DNA of 64,000 bases, taken from contig JAVECO010000093.1 in the NCBI GenBank assembly GCA_051942205.1, forward strand, positions 1 to 64,000, written 5' to 3'. How positions within the stretch are numbered: position 1 is the stretch's first letter; every line of letters starts with the position of its first letter. This document shows positions 26,254 to 38,716 of this stretch, in pieces. The position numbers and the translations under genes are program-made. Source of the stretch: Coniocarpon cinnabarinum. Its lineage: Eukaryota. Under the pieces are notes generated by a model, which saw only the letters and a list, made by a program, of their open reading frames with translations, was not told where the DNA came from and did not search any database.

Positions 26254-27531
26254 TATGATCTTGGGTATGGTGCACCACAACGCGAAATGGTAACACGACT
26301 TGACCTACAGGATGAAGAGAAAGGAAAAAAGAAAGTTGAGCGTCTTCGCCGATCGAAGGGTCAACCCCGACGGGCGAGAGGCGTTCAAACACGAAATTTC
26401 GAAGTCGAGGTCCATGTCGCAGAGGGGCCGAGCTGGGCGCAGATCGGCGAGCGGCAAGGGGAGCGCGTGGCATTGATTTGCACAAAGCCTTACGGCGCGC
26501 TAGAAGAAACAGACGAAGCCGTCGAAGCCACAGGCCTCGCGCGCCCTCACTAGCACTCTTCAGTGTCAGACTAGGCTGTCTACAGTAAAAGGTGTCCTGG
26601 CCCCAATGTCTGAATACGAATTGGCCGTGTGTTGCTCACCTCAGTCATCTCGTGCCTCGTCAGCTCCCCTCAATCTCGGCGACGGGAGCTCAACGCTTGA
26701 CCCCGATCCCATTGGTTTCCAGATGCTGACAAGGCCAATGGCGCAACACACTTGAGTGCTTGCGGCCCTTGCGGTAGTGCAAGTTTCCTGCATCTGGGGG
26801 CCAAGTCCGTCGTCACGTTTTGACGACTTTCGCGTTCCACGCACGTGGGCTGCAGGACGCCTAGCGTGCCGTCGGGGGTGCCTGGGCTGGACGGACAGCC
26901 ACAGCTACAATGTAACGTCAGCAAGGTAGGGCGATGGGCATCGTCAGAGACGCGAACCTTTCGCCAAGCAAGGGGTTTCTCAAGCGCCGAGCCGAATGCC
27001 AGTCTTGCTACCAGCCGACGAACGGGCTTCTCGAAGGTTACGGTTCAAGCTCAGGCCGCCACGCTGCCGTTCCGAGGATTGGCTCACTCTACGGTCATCA
27101 GGAACCGCGTCTGACATCGTATAGAGACGAAGAGAGTTCAAGTCTAACATTACAGCAGTGTGGGAGATGTAGATGTCTCGGATGACCTATACTTCGAGCG
27201 CCACGCACGTATGTTTTTCGCACCCTGCTGCGCGAATGCTGTATACATCACGTGACGTTGTCCAGGAGGCGCGACCATTGCTGTTGTCATTCCGATCATT
27301 AATGGCTTGTAGCCACGGACAACAATTGCAGAACGCAGCTTAACGATGAGGTACGCGTTCATGATAAGTATGTATTTTGTGCAAACTACACATTCGTCGT
27401 CTGTATCGAAGCCCCTATCGAAGCCTCTGCCACTGTTTGTATGGAGACTTCCACTTCAAAACCTGACGCTCACAAACGCCACAAACACCACGCTAAAACG
27501 CACTGGTACTCGCAGAGGCACGATGAGGTTC

Positions 27532-30500
27532 CTAAGCCAAGCCGGGCACAATACTGCTCGTCCGCTGATGCAAGCTCTTATCCCCTCCACACCAGCACTT
27601 GCCCTGCCCTTCCTTGTCCACGTGGATCACGCAATGCATGTTGCGTTCCTTGAAGAACTCGTCCGCCCTCTGCCGAACATCATCCGTGTCAGCGCCGCGC
27701 GACGCGATGATGTGGACGCTCCCTAATATTTTCTGACCTCGAGGCTCGTCACATTCGTGGTCATGATCATGATCGTGACTGGAATGTGAATGAGGCGTAT
27801 CGGGTGAGTCGTGCATGTCGTAGTGTGAGGGATGTTTGTGGTGATGGCTGTGATGACCATTTGCAACAGAATGTCCGAGGCCGTGATTGTGCTCATGGAC
27901 ATGACCATGACTGTGTTCGTCATCATGTGAATGACTGTGGCTATGGCCGTGATCATGGTTATGAGAATGTTCATGATGATCGTGCGAATGTGCCGTCGCC
28001 TCACCATCCTCAAGCCAGAAGCGAGGGACTGCATAGCCCGAGACGCCACGCACGTTGCCAATCTCTTGCAGCGCCTCACGCACTTTATATTCGACTTCGT
28101 AAGGCACAGTTAAGAGCAGCCGCCGTGCAGAACCAGTGACGAGCGGGTATGAAGCAGCGATGATCAGCACCGCGATAATGGAGGAGGCGATCGGATCCCA
28201 GCCTGACCATCCAGTGTAGGCTGTAAGGGCTGTCGAGATGATCACAGCCACCGAGCCCATGGTGTCCGCCAGGATGTGCAGATAGATCCCCATCATGTTT
28301 TCATTTGAGTGGCCGTGGGCATGTCCATGAGTGTCTGCCGCAGCGACTTGTCGCATCATATGATCGTGGTCATGTTTATGGTCATGGGATTGCGCATGTC
28401 CATTGGCATGCGCGTGCGAATGTCCTCCATGAGAGTGACCGTGATCATGTCCATGGTCGTGGCCATGGTGGTGAGCATGCCCAATAAAGAGCAAGCCAAT
28501 CAGATTGACTCCTAAACCGGCTACACTGACAGCCATGAGTTCACCAAGCCGCTTGAGCTCGGCGCCTTCGAGAAATCGTTCGAACGATTCCCAGATGATC
28601 TCCACACTAATGATCATAAGAAAAATGCCATTGCCGAGACCAGACAGAGTCTCGACTTTGCCATATCCATATGGAAATCTCGCATTAGGTGGCCACTTAC
28701 TCATAATCGAAGCAATGAGGCCTGCGAGTAAACCCATACAGTCGAAAAACATATGTATGCTGTCGCTCAGCAAGCCGAGCGATCCGGAAACTAGAGCATA
28801 AAAAGTCTGTACAAACATAAAACCCAAGTTGATGCACATAAAATAAACAATACGTCGTGACTCTTTATCTGCAAGTATGTCGTGAATAAGCGGCTGATTT
28901 TCTGTGTACGTTAAAAGTAGTTTCGTGAACCTGGAGCTGTCCTTTGGCTGATGATGTGAATGGCCGTGAGCGTGAGAGTGCTGATCAGCCTTTTTCAGGC
29001 TTGGCTGTCTGTAGACCTTAGTTTCAAGATGTGCAGCGAGCAACGCAAATGTGCATAAAACCATGAACATGAAGCCTGCTATACCGGTCGAGAACTCGTA
29101 GTAAAGGCCAAAGAGTTGACACATTGCTAGGCCAATCCCCAGACCTGATTTGGAGCCTTGTCTCAACACTGCCGGTCGGACAAGGATCAAAGCGCCGGCA
29201 GCCAAGGCTGTTGGAAACAGATAATAAGCTATGGCGGCCGATGTCGAATATGGTGCCAATAAGCTTGGCGAGAAGGAGAGAATGACGAAGGTGATGAAGG
29301 CTGCTGCTAACCCAGCCATGAATGTCAGCCGCACATCCTCAGCACACGATATGAGTATCGGGGTTGAAGTTTGCTTTCTGTGTCCCAACTCAGAAGCACT
29401 CCCGTTTGGTCGTAGCGTGGAGTCAGAGGCAAATGAAGGCGAGTTATCCAGCGAAATTGTCGAGATCGAGGATGAAGAGCGTTGAGAGCCTGATCGAAAG
29501 GGAAGTGGTAGTAAAAGAAGGGATTTGGCTAAAGCGAGATATCCGCGGAATGTCGAAGAGTATTCGGTCCCAGAGACGTGCCAGAAAAGGTCGTGGAGCA
29601 AACAGAGGGCGAAAAAGAGACAGGTCCATCTGTGATGATTGATTGCATGCTTGGCAGAACTCGTGATTGACTTGTCATGGCTCTTTTCTTCACCCCCAAT
29701 CACTCCAGAGCTTGCTGCAGTGAGCAATATCACACCAGTGCGAACACCGCCAATCTCTAGTGTGGCCAGGAAGGGCAGCGCGATGCAGACCACGCGCAGC
29801 AAAATATCTCGTAAAGCTGGTCGCGCGCTTCGCTGTGTCCTGATGGCTTGTTCTTTCGATGTCCCCAGTGAGCTCCGCCTGCGCTTCGTAGGGGCCGTCT
29901 TTTGCGACAGGTGACCCCAAATACCCACCATCAGCAGTGTTCCAGCGGTGAGAGCGCACGTTGCAGCCATGTTATGCAGATTACCAGGCACGGGTGCTGC
30001 AGATTCAGTTACATCTTCCAAGATCTTCTCAGCGGCATCTGCCCGAGACTCGTGCACAAAGCGTAACGAGGTGCCCAGTCGACTGCATAACGAAGAGAGC
30101 AGGTAAGGCAAAGGCAGAAGTATTCCACTGAGTAGTTCGAGAGGCAGCGCCCTGTTTTCGACTTAGCAATCGGGAATTTCGGACACATGTCAGGCTTCTC
30201 TGACCTTGACTCGGACTCCTCTGGAATAGAGGATTGATTGAAGTCGTAAGCAGTCGCACTGCGTGTTGGCAAAGACGGTCTTCCCAGGTCACTTTCACCA
30301 CGCACTCTCCCTTTCTTCATATCGTCGACACTGCTGGTGCGGAAGGGGACCTTGCCAGACAAGCCGGCCAGGTAGCTGGAGGACCTCGCATGTGAATCCG
30401 ACGTCAGGGTAGGAGTGGTGTCGATGCTGAGACCGTTGAGGCCGTGGTGAGTCTTGGGGGTGGCGGAGCCATTGCCGAAGCCGGTCGAGTCAAGGGTAGG

Positions 30501-30590
30501 AGTGGCGTCGGGCGAGAGGTAGTTGTAGGAGCGAGATCGTGTTTCGAATGGGGCAGCCGCGGCCGCGGAGGGAAGCGCGTAGCTGGCCAT
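27532..30590 (-). CDS. MSC2: CDF-family zinc transporter, Msc2-like, with His-rich loops
   Basis: SLGLLSDSIHMFFDC, FPYGYGKVETLSG and NMMGIYLHILADTMGS CDF motifs, plus multi-TM N-terminus. Intron 30152-30204 joins exon 1 (MASYALP...). Confidence 0.9.
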
Positions 30591-31276
30591 TGAGTGCGGT
30601 TGCTTGTATGTTCCATCTGAGTGCAGAGCTCATGCAGAGCGGGAGTGGGCCATTCGCAGACGCAAGTTCACTCAGCGTGGCGGGATCAGGAGGAAAGACA
30701 CGCACAAAGAAAGAGGGGTGGCACGGTGACGATTGCGTATGTAGTAGTATATCAGGGGGGGAGGTGAGGGATCGCGGCTTGGACTCATCTCGTCTCGCGG
30801 CGACGCCCAGCCCTACACGCACCCTAAGGCGATCCCCAAATGCCGCTGTCATTGGGCGAGGCCGGTGGGGTTGCCCGCGTCATCTGCAGCCCTAAAACCA
30901 GGGTGTTCCGGGTCCTGCGCTGGGGCCTGTGGGGGGGCTCAGGGCGTTGTTTCAGACTCCCGCAAGCGTCTGGTAGGACAGTAAAGAAAGTACTTGCCGC
31001 ATATCAATCCAGCACTTGATGCCTTTCGCCGTTGTGCTTGTAGCTTGGGAACCCGAATTGCTCTTGTCGTACAGGCTCGTCGCCTAGACTGAAGGCCGGC
31101 AACGACTGTTGTTGTTGTTGTTGTCCCTGACCCTTGTCGTTACCAGGCACTCGGTCTGTGGGTTGCCACAATCTGGCACGTGATATCACTCTCAACCACC
31201 GTGCCACCACACACCGCCTCGACTGGCCAAATCTCCCTCTCCTACACCCACCCACCAGACGGACACCGCAGCGGCC

Positions 31277-32854
31277 ATGATGCAGCCCTCCACCATAGAG
31301 ACGCTGCTCAATTCCGTCGTGGACCAAGACTGGCCTTGGGTCCTCATCGCCCTCATCGCCGCCATCCCGCTTTCCACCATCGTCTTCCTCTTCACCCTCC
31401 CCACCCACTATGACCACCAGAACCCCGACTTTGTCGAAGAGATCCGCCCAGACCGCTCCATGGCCGACCTGGAGCGCATCGAGAAGGAGGCGCAGGAGGG
31501 CAACCACCGACTGCCCACGCCGGGCCACGGCTACGCGCACTTCAACAAGCACCGCGAGACCAACCGGAAACTGCGCTACGCCCAGTCGTGCACCATTGTC
31601 GTCTTGGGCGATATCGCCAGGTCCCCGCGCATGATGTACCACGCCGCGTCGCTGGCCAAGCGCAACGCGCGCGTCGAGATTGTGGGTTACGTGGAGAGTC
31701 CGCTGCCGATGCAGGTGACGGGGACCAAGCACATTCGCGTGCATCCGCTCAAGGCCCTGCCCAAAGCCCTCGAATATCTGCCCTTCACCATGATCGCCCC
31801 GCTGAAGCTCCTGCACCAGAGCTGGATGTTGTATCATGCATTGTGCTATCGCGTCAAGACGGCGACCATGCACACGCTTTTGCAGTTGCCGCCGAGCATG
31901 CCGGCGCTGGCCGTATGTCTGGTCGGCGCTCGCATGCGTAACTCGAAGCTGGTGTGTGATTGGCACAACACCGCTTCTTCCGTCTTGTCTTTGCGTTTCG
32001 GTAGGAATCAAAATCATCCCACGGTCTGGCTTCTGCGCCGCTATGAGCTGGGTCTCGCGCCAGGGGCTTTCCATCATCTCGCCGTCAGCGAAGCCATGAA
32101 GCGCTATCTTGTCACGTCTGCCAACGTCCCGACTGACAAGATTACTGTGGTGCGTGACCGACCTGCGGAGATGTTCAGGCCTCTTGCCTCAGCGTCGGCG
32201 CGCAATGACTTTCTGAGAAGTTGCGTGGCCACATCCGCGTACGTGGAGAATCTCACTAGAAGGGACAATCCTTGGAAGCTGGTAGTCAGCAGTACCTCCT
32301 GGACCGCGGACGAAGATTTTGGCGTGTTGCTTGAAGCCCTCGTCCAGTATTCGGCATCGTCGGAATCAGCCCATGACCCGCCCAACTTGCTCGTCGTAGT
32401 GACGGGAAAAGGACCGCGGAAAGCAACCTACGAAGGACAGATCAGAAAGCTGCAGCAGCAACAAAAGCTTGACAAAGTTGCGGTCAAGACAGCTTTCTTG
32501 CCATTGAATGATTACGCCAATCTGCTGGCCTGTGCCGACATCGGGGTGTGCTTGCACAACAGTAGCAGCGGGCTGGACTTGCCCATGAAAGTGGCTGATA
32601 TGTTCGGTGCTGGTTTGCCGGTGCTAGCGTGGAGCGGATATGAAGCGTTTTCTGAGCTTGTTCAAGAAGGCTCCAACGGGCAGGGCTTCCAGGACGCAGA
32701 GGCGCTGGCAGATGCTCTCAGGCAACTGCTTGGTGAAGTTAGTAGAGATAAACTCATCAGCCTGCAAAAGGGCGCCATTCAAGAGAGTCGTGCTCGATGG
32801 GACGACACGTGGGAAGATACTGTGGCAAAGACACTGGCGATCTCACAGTCTTGA
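31277..32854 (+). CDS. ALG1: Chitobiosyldiphosphodolichol beta-1,4-mannosyltransferase (GT33)
   Basis: VVLGDIARSPRMMYHA, DWHN, VSSTSWTADEDF, TGKGP and SSSGLDLPMKVADMFG motifs; N-terminal TM. Confidence 0.95.
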   Translation: MMQPSTIETLLNSVVDQDWPWVLIALIAAIPLSTIVFLFTLPTHYDHQNPDFVEEIRPDRSMADLERIEKEAQEGNHRLPTPGHGYAHFNKHRETNRKLRYAQSCTIVVLGDIARSPRMMYHAASLAKRNARVEIVGYVESPLPMQVTGTKHIRVHPLKALPKALEYLPFTMIAPLKLLHQSWMLYHALCYRVKTATMHTLLQLPPSMPALAVCLVGARMRNSKLVCDWHNTASSVLSLRFGRNQNHPTVWLLRRYELGLAPGAFHHLAVSEAMKRYLVTSANVPTDKITVVRDRPAEMFRPLASASARNDFLRSCVATSAYVENLTRRDNPWKLVVSSTSWTADEDFGVLLEALVQYSASSESAHDPPNLLVVVTGKGPRKATYEGQIRKLQQQQKLDKVAVKTAFLPLNDYANLLACADIGVCLHNSSSGLDLPMKVADMFGAGLPVLAWSGYEAFSELVQEGSNGQGFQDAEALADALRQLLGEVSRDKLISLQKGAIQESRARWDDTWEDTVAKTLAISQS

Positions 32855-33047
32855 ATCTCAACAAAGATATGCAGGGCACGATTAGTACTGTGCCTCGGGG
32901 TATCATATACATTACTTATTCTATCATATCCTGCCGTGCGTCGTAGTATTCATACATCCCTCTTGTAACGTCCGATATCGTCAGAAGCAGAATCGCTCGT
33001 CTTGGCGTTTAAGGAAACAGAAGCCCTCCTTCACCCCCCTCTCAAAC

Positions 33048-34417
33048 TCAGGGATCAGACTCTGTGGAGTCTCCATGGGCGTCGCTCTGGGTGCGCTTGC
33101 CCTTTTGCTTGCCCGTTGCGTTCTTTTCTTCCCCATTGGCCTCTTCGTAAAGCTTTTCGCTCCGCTCCTATGGCAGTCCCACGTCAGTAAAAGCTGTCTA
33201 GGAAAAACATCTGCAGCACCTGCAAACGGACGATTGCTTACCATTTTGTGGCGAAGCTCATCCAACAACTTCTGCTCGATACGGGAGGGCCCTCGATAGC
33301 CATAATAGTTTGAATGGCCAGTAGCTTGGGCTTCGAGAAGTTTGTCAGTCTTGATTTTCTTCAGCGCATGAAGAAAGCGATCATCACGCCGAGTGAGCAT
33401 TTTCCGGGAAGTGAAGTCAAGCTTGAACGTGCGGAGCTGACTGTATCTTGCCAGAATCTTGAGGCATTCAATTAGATCAGTATCATGGACGTAGCGAGCC
33501 TCTTCCTTGAGAAAGTTTTCACTGGCCCACTGATTGGACGTGGACTGCATGCGAAGGCGTGAGGGTGAGCCATCTTCGAGACTGATCTCAACGTTGCGTA
33601 AATATGAAATGTTGAGAGGCGCAATCGCTATTAGCCAGCGACGAATGTTGCGGAAACCCACTTCAACCCATGGTTTTTTCCAGTACGGACCCTCTGTATT
33701 GCTGTCACGCGTGAGACGGAAGGTATTGTTGCTGTAGAGGATGGGTGCCGCTTCTTCGTAGACGAGCTTGCAAGTTCGGAAGAATTGGCTGGACGAGCTG
33801 AACTCTGGACGACCAAAATCGAAAACCTTGCCATGATCATACAGATGTTCATAAATCATATTGCGAAGCTCCGGAGGCAGATCTGTGAAGCCAGCCGGCG
33901 ATGGAATCACATGAGCTTTGGTGCGGGACTTTGGTGAGACGGAAGACGCCTTTTTCGGCGTCTCGTGACCAGGCGTTGGTCGACTTGGGGAAGGTTTGAC
34001 GCCCAAGTCTCGGAGATTCAAATTCACCACGAATGGCCCTTCGTGATTGGGTGGCACATTAAAGGTGAGTGACACGTTCTCAGGAACATTCAAAGCCATT
34101 TTGGATGCGGGACCAGCAGGGACTTCAGGCTCAGAAGAGCTTGAACGCGAAGAATGCGGCAGCTCCGTGAAGCGAGAAGGTGAAAGAGGACGTGTGGGAC
34201 CAAGGACTTTCTGTTTCCAGGTCTTGCGGCTCCGACCCTCTTCCGGTCCGGAGTCAGAAGAGTATTCGATGCCCTCAGCGTTGGCACTGTCGACGAATCC
34301 GGGCGGAAGGGATTTCCGGCCAGCGCTCTGGCGAATTGGCCGGTCGCTGGCTTTGATGCCCTTCTCGGAAGCGCTTTCCTCTTTGAGGCGGGGCCGCTTG
34401 GTGTGATGACCAGGCAT
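33048..34417 (-). CDS. Fungal F-box-like protein (FTDLPPELRNMIY motif; DUF7730-like)
   Basis: GFTDLPPELRNMIYEHLY...FFRTCKLVYEEAAPILYSNNTF. A canonical intron 33168-33241 (GTAAGC..CTGAC..TAG) gives the C-terminus ERSEKLYEE...ESDP* instead of the ORF-track tail. Confidence 0.75.
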
Positions 34418-35740
34418 TTTCGGTCCGCGGGGACTGAAGGGCGGGGCGTTGATCTAAGCAAACAGCGGTGAGCTTAGAAGTCAACCGCAGCAGCTTTACC
34501 GTGGTGAGTCCCAAGTGTGGCGACGTGCGTGATCGGAGCGTGATTGGTAGCGGGAGGCGGCGGTATAGTCAGGGGAGCGGGATACTTACGCGTTACTGAG
34601 TATGGGCGAGAAAGTTGTTGCTTGTGTTGATGGATGCGAAGGGCAAGTGTGATGAAGGTAGTAGCATGGCGAGCTTAAGTAAGGGAGGCTGCTGGGGCAA
34701 GTAAAGTTTTTAGTGCGACTTGGAGGGCTGAATGTGTCTGTGCGCAGGCAGCGAGCGCGGCGCTAGATGGGGATGGGAATGGCATTGCGAGTCGTGGCAG
34801 ATGAAGCCAGGTGAAGTCGGCTAAGGTAGGAGTGAAGCAGCGGAGGGTGGGTGGGAGAGGGAGAAGGAGAGGGTTAGGTTTTCTTGGGTGCTGAAATGAG
34901 AGAACGAAGAAGCCACTGCCACCACCACACTACCACCGCCACCATCACCGCCAGTGCCGATGACCGCCCACCACATGCAGCCCGTGAGACGACTCCGATG
35001 GCCTCCATCATGGCACCGCCCTCGGGACATGTGATGTGGGGCCTCTCTACCACACTCTCACTCGGCCGGCGTGAGACAGAGATGTCTTGGGGTGGTCAGA
35101 GACGCTCGCTGGACTATCTGACCGCCACCGTGTGCAGGAGGAACGAATCCAATGGATGCCGACGGGGCTGCTTGCGCCGCAGGAGAAGGACACGTGATGC
35201 CATCTGCCAGTGGCACCGCACACATTCGTTCTACTGATGCAAGCGAGCGCAATTCAGGGCGAAACAATGTTTTCGCGTGCGAGACGCAAGGATAGGGCGC
35301 AGGAAATGGATGCAAACGAATGCAAACAGCGCGTGTCAGACCACACAACTCCTCCAATCAGCTCGGCTCATACTGTGCTCGAAAAAGGTGGTAATCGGGA
35401 GCCAGCACATTTCAGAAGCACCCACGTCTGAGGCCTTGCGACCCCAGAGTGAGGTGTGTGTCTCGCAGCCGCTCATCATCTTGGATTGTAGTTGTGTGTG
35501 AAGAAGGAGAAGAAGAGCAGGAGGAAGAAAATCTGGAGACCGGGTTCGCCGGTCGACGCTGGGGCCAGATCTAGACCGTTCTGGGACTAGCCTGCCCACT
35601 CGCCTCTCGGGTTTCGTCTGGATTAGGTACGGAGGTACTTTGGTCGCCGGAAGATCTACGTTCGTCCTTATCACCCATTCCTTGTGTTTCGTTCAGCCTG
35701 CTCGCTCGCCAGCACCCAGCGAACCACGCAGGCCCAGTCC

Positions 35741-37456
35741 ATGGCGGCATCAAGATGCGTCTTCCGCGCAAAAGCTCGCCTCGGGGCTGCACCGTCCAGG
35801 CCAGCAGCTCAATGGCTTTTGCCGAACCAGACATGGCGGGGCAGAAGACACATGTCCGCCGACGCCCAACACAAGGTCAGTTCAACACGCAGGGCTGCGC
35901 TAAGCAGGACAGAAGACTGACCAGCGGCCCCAGTTGCTTTCGTCTCACATCGAGGAGATAGATCCGGTCGTTTCTGAGATCATACAAAAGGAAAAGCACA
36001 GACAGAAGCACTTCATCAACCTCATCCCCTCGGAGAATTTCACCTCTCAGTCTGTCCTGGATGCGTTGGGCAGTGTGATGCAAAGTACATGAATTAGTGT
36101 GGCTGTCGCAAAGCTCATCTGGCTCACTCTCCGTCCAGATAAATATTCCGAGGGGTACCCCGGAGCTCGATACTACGGGGGCAATGAATTCATTGACGAG
36201 GCTGAGCGGCTGTGTCAGAAGCGAGCTCTCGATCTCTTTGGCTTGAAAGAAGATGAGTGGGGTGTCAATGTTCAGTGTGAGGCAACATACTCCGTGATGT
36301 GCTGGCCCGATGTTGACATGATAAAGCTCTTTCGGGCTCGCCCGCCAATCTTTACGCCTACTCGGCATTGCTCAACTCTCACGACCGCATCATGGGCTTG
36401 GATCTTCCGCATGGCGGTCACTTGTCTCATGGGTATCAAACGCCCACCAAAAAGATCTCCGCTATCTCCAAATACTTCGAAACTCTGCCTTACCGATTAG
36501 ATGAATCAACTGGTCTCATTGATTATGACAAGCTGCATGAGCTTGCATCCTTGTATCGACCGAAGCTTATCATAGCTGGCACATCCGCGTATTCGCGGCT
36601 CATTGACTACCCTCGTATGAAGCATATAGCTGACTCTGTTGGCTCATACCTCTTAGCGGATATGGCTCACATTAGCGGACTCGTAGCCGGCAAAGTCATC
36701 CCCTCTCCGTTTGACCAAGCAGACGTTGTCACAACGACCACACACAAGAGCTTGAGAGGCCCACGCGGCGCCATGATTTTCTTCCGCAAGGGCGTACGCA
36801 GAACCGACGCCAAAGGCAAGCAAGAAATGTATGACCTGGAAGGACCCATCAACACCTCTGTATTTCCAGGACACCAAGGCGGCCCTCATAACCATACCAT
36901 TACTGCCCTCGCCGTTGCCCTGCATCAGGCGCAACAGCCAAGCTTCCGGGAATATCAGCAAACTGTCTTGGAAAACGCAAAGGCTCTGGCAGGTCGTCTT
37001 GGTGATTCAGTAGACAAGGGAGGTCTTGGATACAACATTGTCAGCGGCGGCACAGACAATCACCTGGTTCTCGTTGACTTGAAGCCAGCAGGAATAGACG
37101 GTGCACGTGTGGAGCGAATTTTAGAACTTGCGGGCGTTGCGAGCAACAAGAACACTGTACCAGGCGATGTTTCAGCCATGAAGCCAGGCGGACTGCGCAT
37201 GGGCACCCCAGCAATGACTACACGCGGATTTCAACCGCCTGACTTTGAGCGAGTAGCAGACGTTGTCCATCGCGCGATCAATATCGCCAAGCGTGTTGAC
37301 AAGCAAGCGCGAGAAGCAAAGGAGAAAGAGGGTCGCAAAAACCCAGGTAGCATTGCCGCCTTCAAGGAATATGTTGCAGAAGGTGAGAACATCACAGACT
37401 TGGTCGAGCTACGCAATGAGGTGTCCGGCTGGGTTGGTACTTTCAGTTTTCCATGA
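35741..37456 (+). CDS. SHM1: Serine hydroxymethyltransferase, mitochondrial
   Basis: Arg-rich presequence; [35 protein letters not shown] and [12 protein letters not shown] motifs; introns 35876-35933, 36085-36138 and 36277-36326. Confidence 0.95.
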
Positions 37457-38716
37457 TGCAGCGCGATATGACAAGAGCCATTGTCATTGCCCTTTCCGAA
37501 TTTCAACAATGAGCCTGTGCTTGTGTACCTCAGGCTGCGGGGAAACTTTTGAGAAATGCCTGGACGTAACAACCAGGTAAGTGCAGCCGGCGTCAGCGTG
37601 TCAACACGTCGACGATGCTCAAGCAAGCGCCGCCTTTTTGAGCGACCTCAGATGCGGCCTTTGGCGTGTGCACCGTATAGGCGGACTATTGCAAGCCCTT
37701 GACGGACCTCAGCTCTGTGCATCTGGAGGAGGCGCATCCCTGTCTTAGCACAGAAAGATCTGGAAAATTCGACGACAGCACTATGAAGTACGAAAGATGT
37801 CTCATGACCCTTTTGCAATATCTCCGCAACAGCAGATGTACTCAACGAATTGCTGGTGGTGGGGGGCGAAAACTCCACTTCGAATAGAAATCACGTCTGA
37901 ACGACGGTTTGCAACATTAAGAGACCATCAACTGCAGCGGCCTTGAAGCCAAATACGCGACTTTCGCGTGCTCAAAATCACCTGCAGAGACACGCAAATG
38001 TTTAGTGTCCGCACATGTGGAATGCTCAGAAGTTGCAGCTCCAACGTCATTGTGCGCGCCGAGATACAAGGTAAAAACCCAAACGTGCGTGGTACTCTCA
38101 CAGCGCGGTGTCGATTTCGCGCCACACAACCCAGCCTAATACCAAGAGTAGAGATGCACTGGCCTAGAGACGTGCTTGATAGCTACAGTAGCCTGGGTTT
38201 TTGGGAGACGTATGAAGCAACTCATTAGTACACAAATCAAACCTGACACGATTTTGAAACAGGTTAACACAGGCAGTGTTCTCAAGCCCCTTGGCTTGTT
38301 CTTCAGCAGGCCGATTCCAGCTTGATTTTGGTGCTTTGTGTTAGAGCTGCCAGACACTGTTCCGATTATGAACGGGAACACATCTTCACCTCCGCCCCAG
38401 CCTCCGTGCAGTTGCTTACCGTGTCCATCTCTTTTCTTCTCGAACTTCCACATCCTCTTCTGTCTTCAAGCACTCAATGTAATCTTCAAGCTTAGAAAGA
38501 CATCTACATCAATTGCGGGCATAGCTTAATTCATTTTCCAGGAGAGCTCACCAATTCAATTTGTCCCTGCGGGACCTCTTGGTCTCTCGCTGCTAAACAA
38601 GTCTGAAACAAGCTCTCTAACTCTCAAACCCTTGTCAGACTTCAATCATCGAATCATTCGTGCCAACACCTGTTTATACGGGCTCGAGACAGCGTAGACT
38701 CTGATCGACTCTGGTC

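Noticed and set aside
27760..28480. His-rich low-complexity repeats in the zinc transporter
   Set aside because: Expected feature of Msc2/CDF transporters; not novel.
31105..31123. (TGT)n microsatellite, and the pyrimidine tract at about 13157-13189
   Set aside because: Ordinary short simple repeats in UTR or intergenic DNA.
31004..32077. 357-aa minus-strand ORF
   Set aside because: Antisense shadow of the GC3-rich ALG1 coding sequence; no recognisable motifs.
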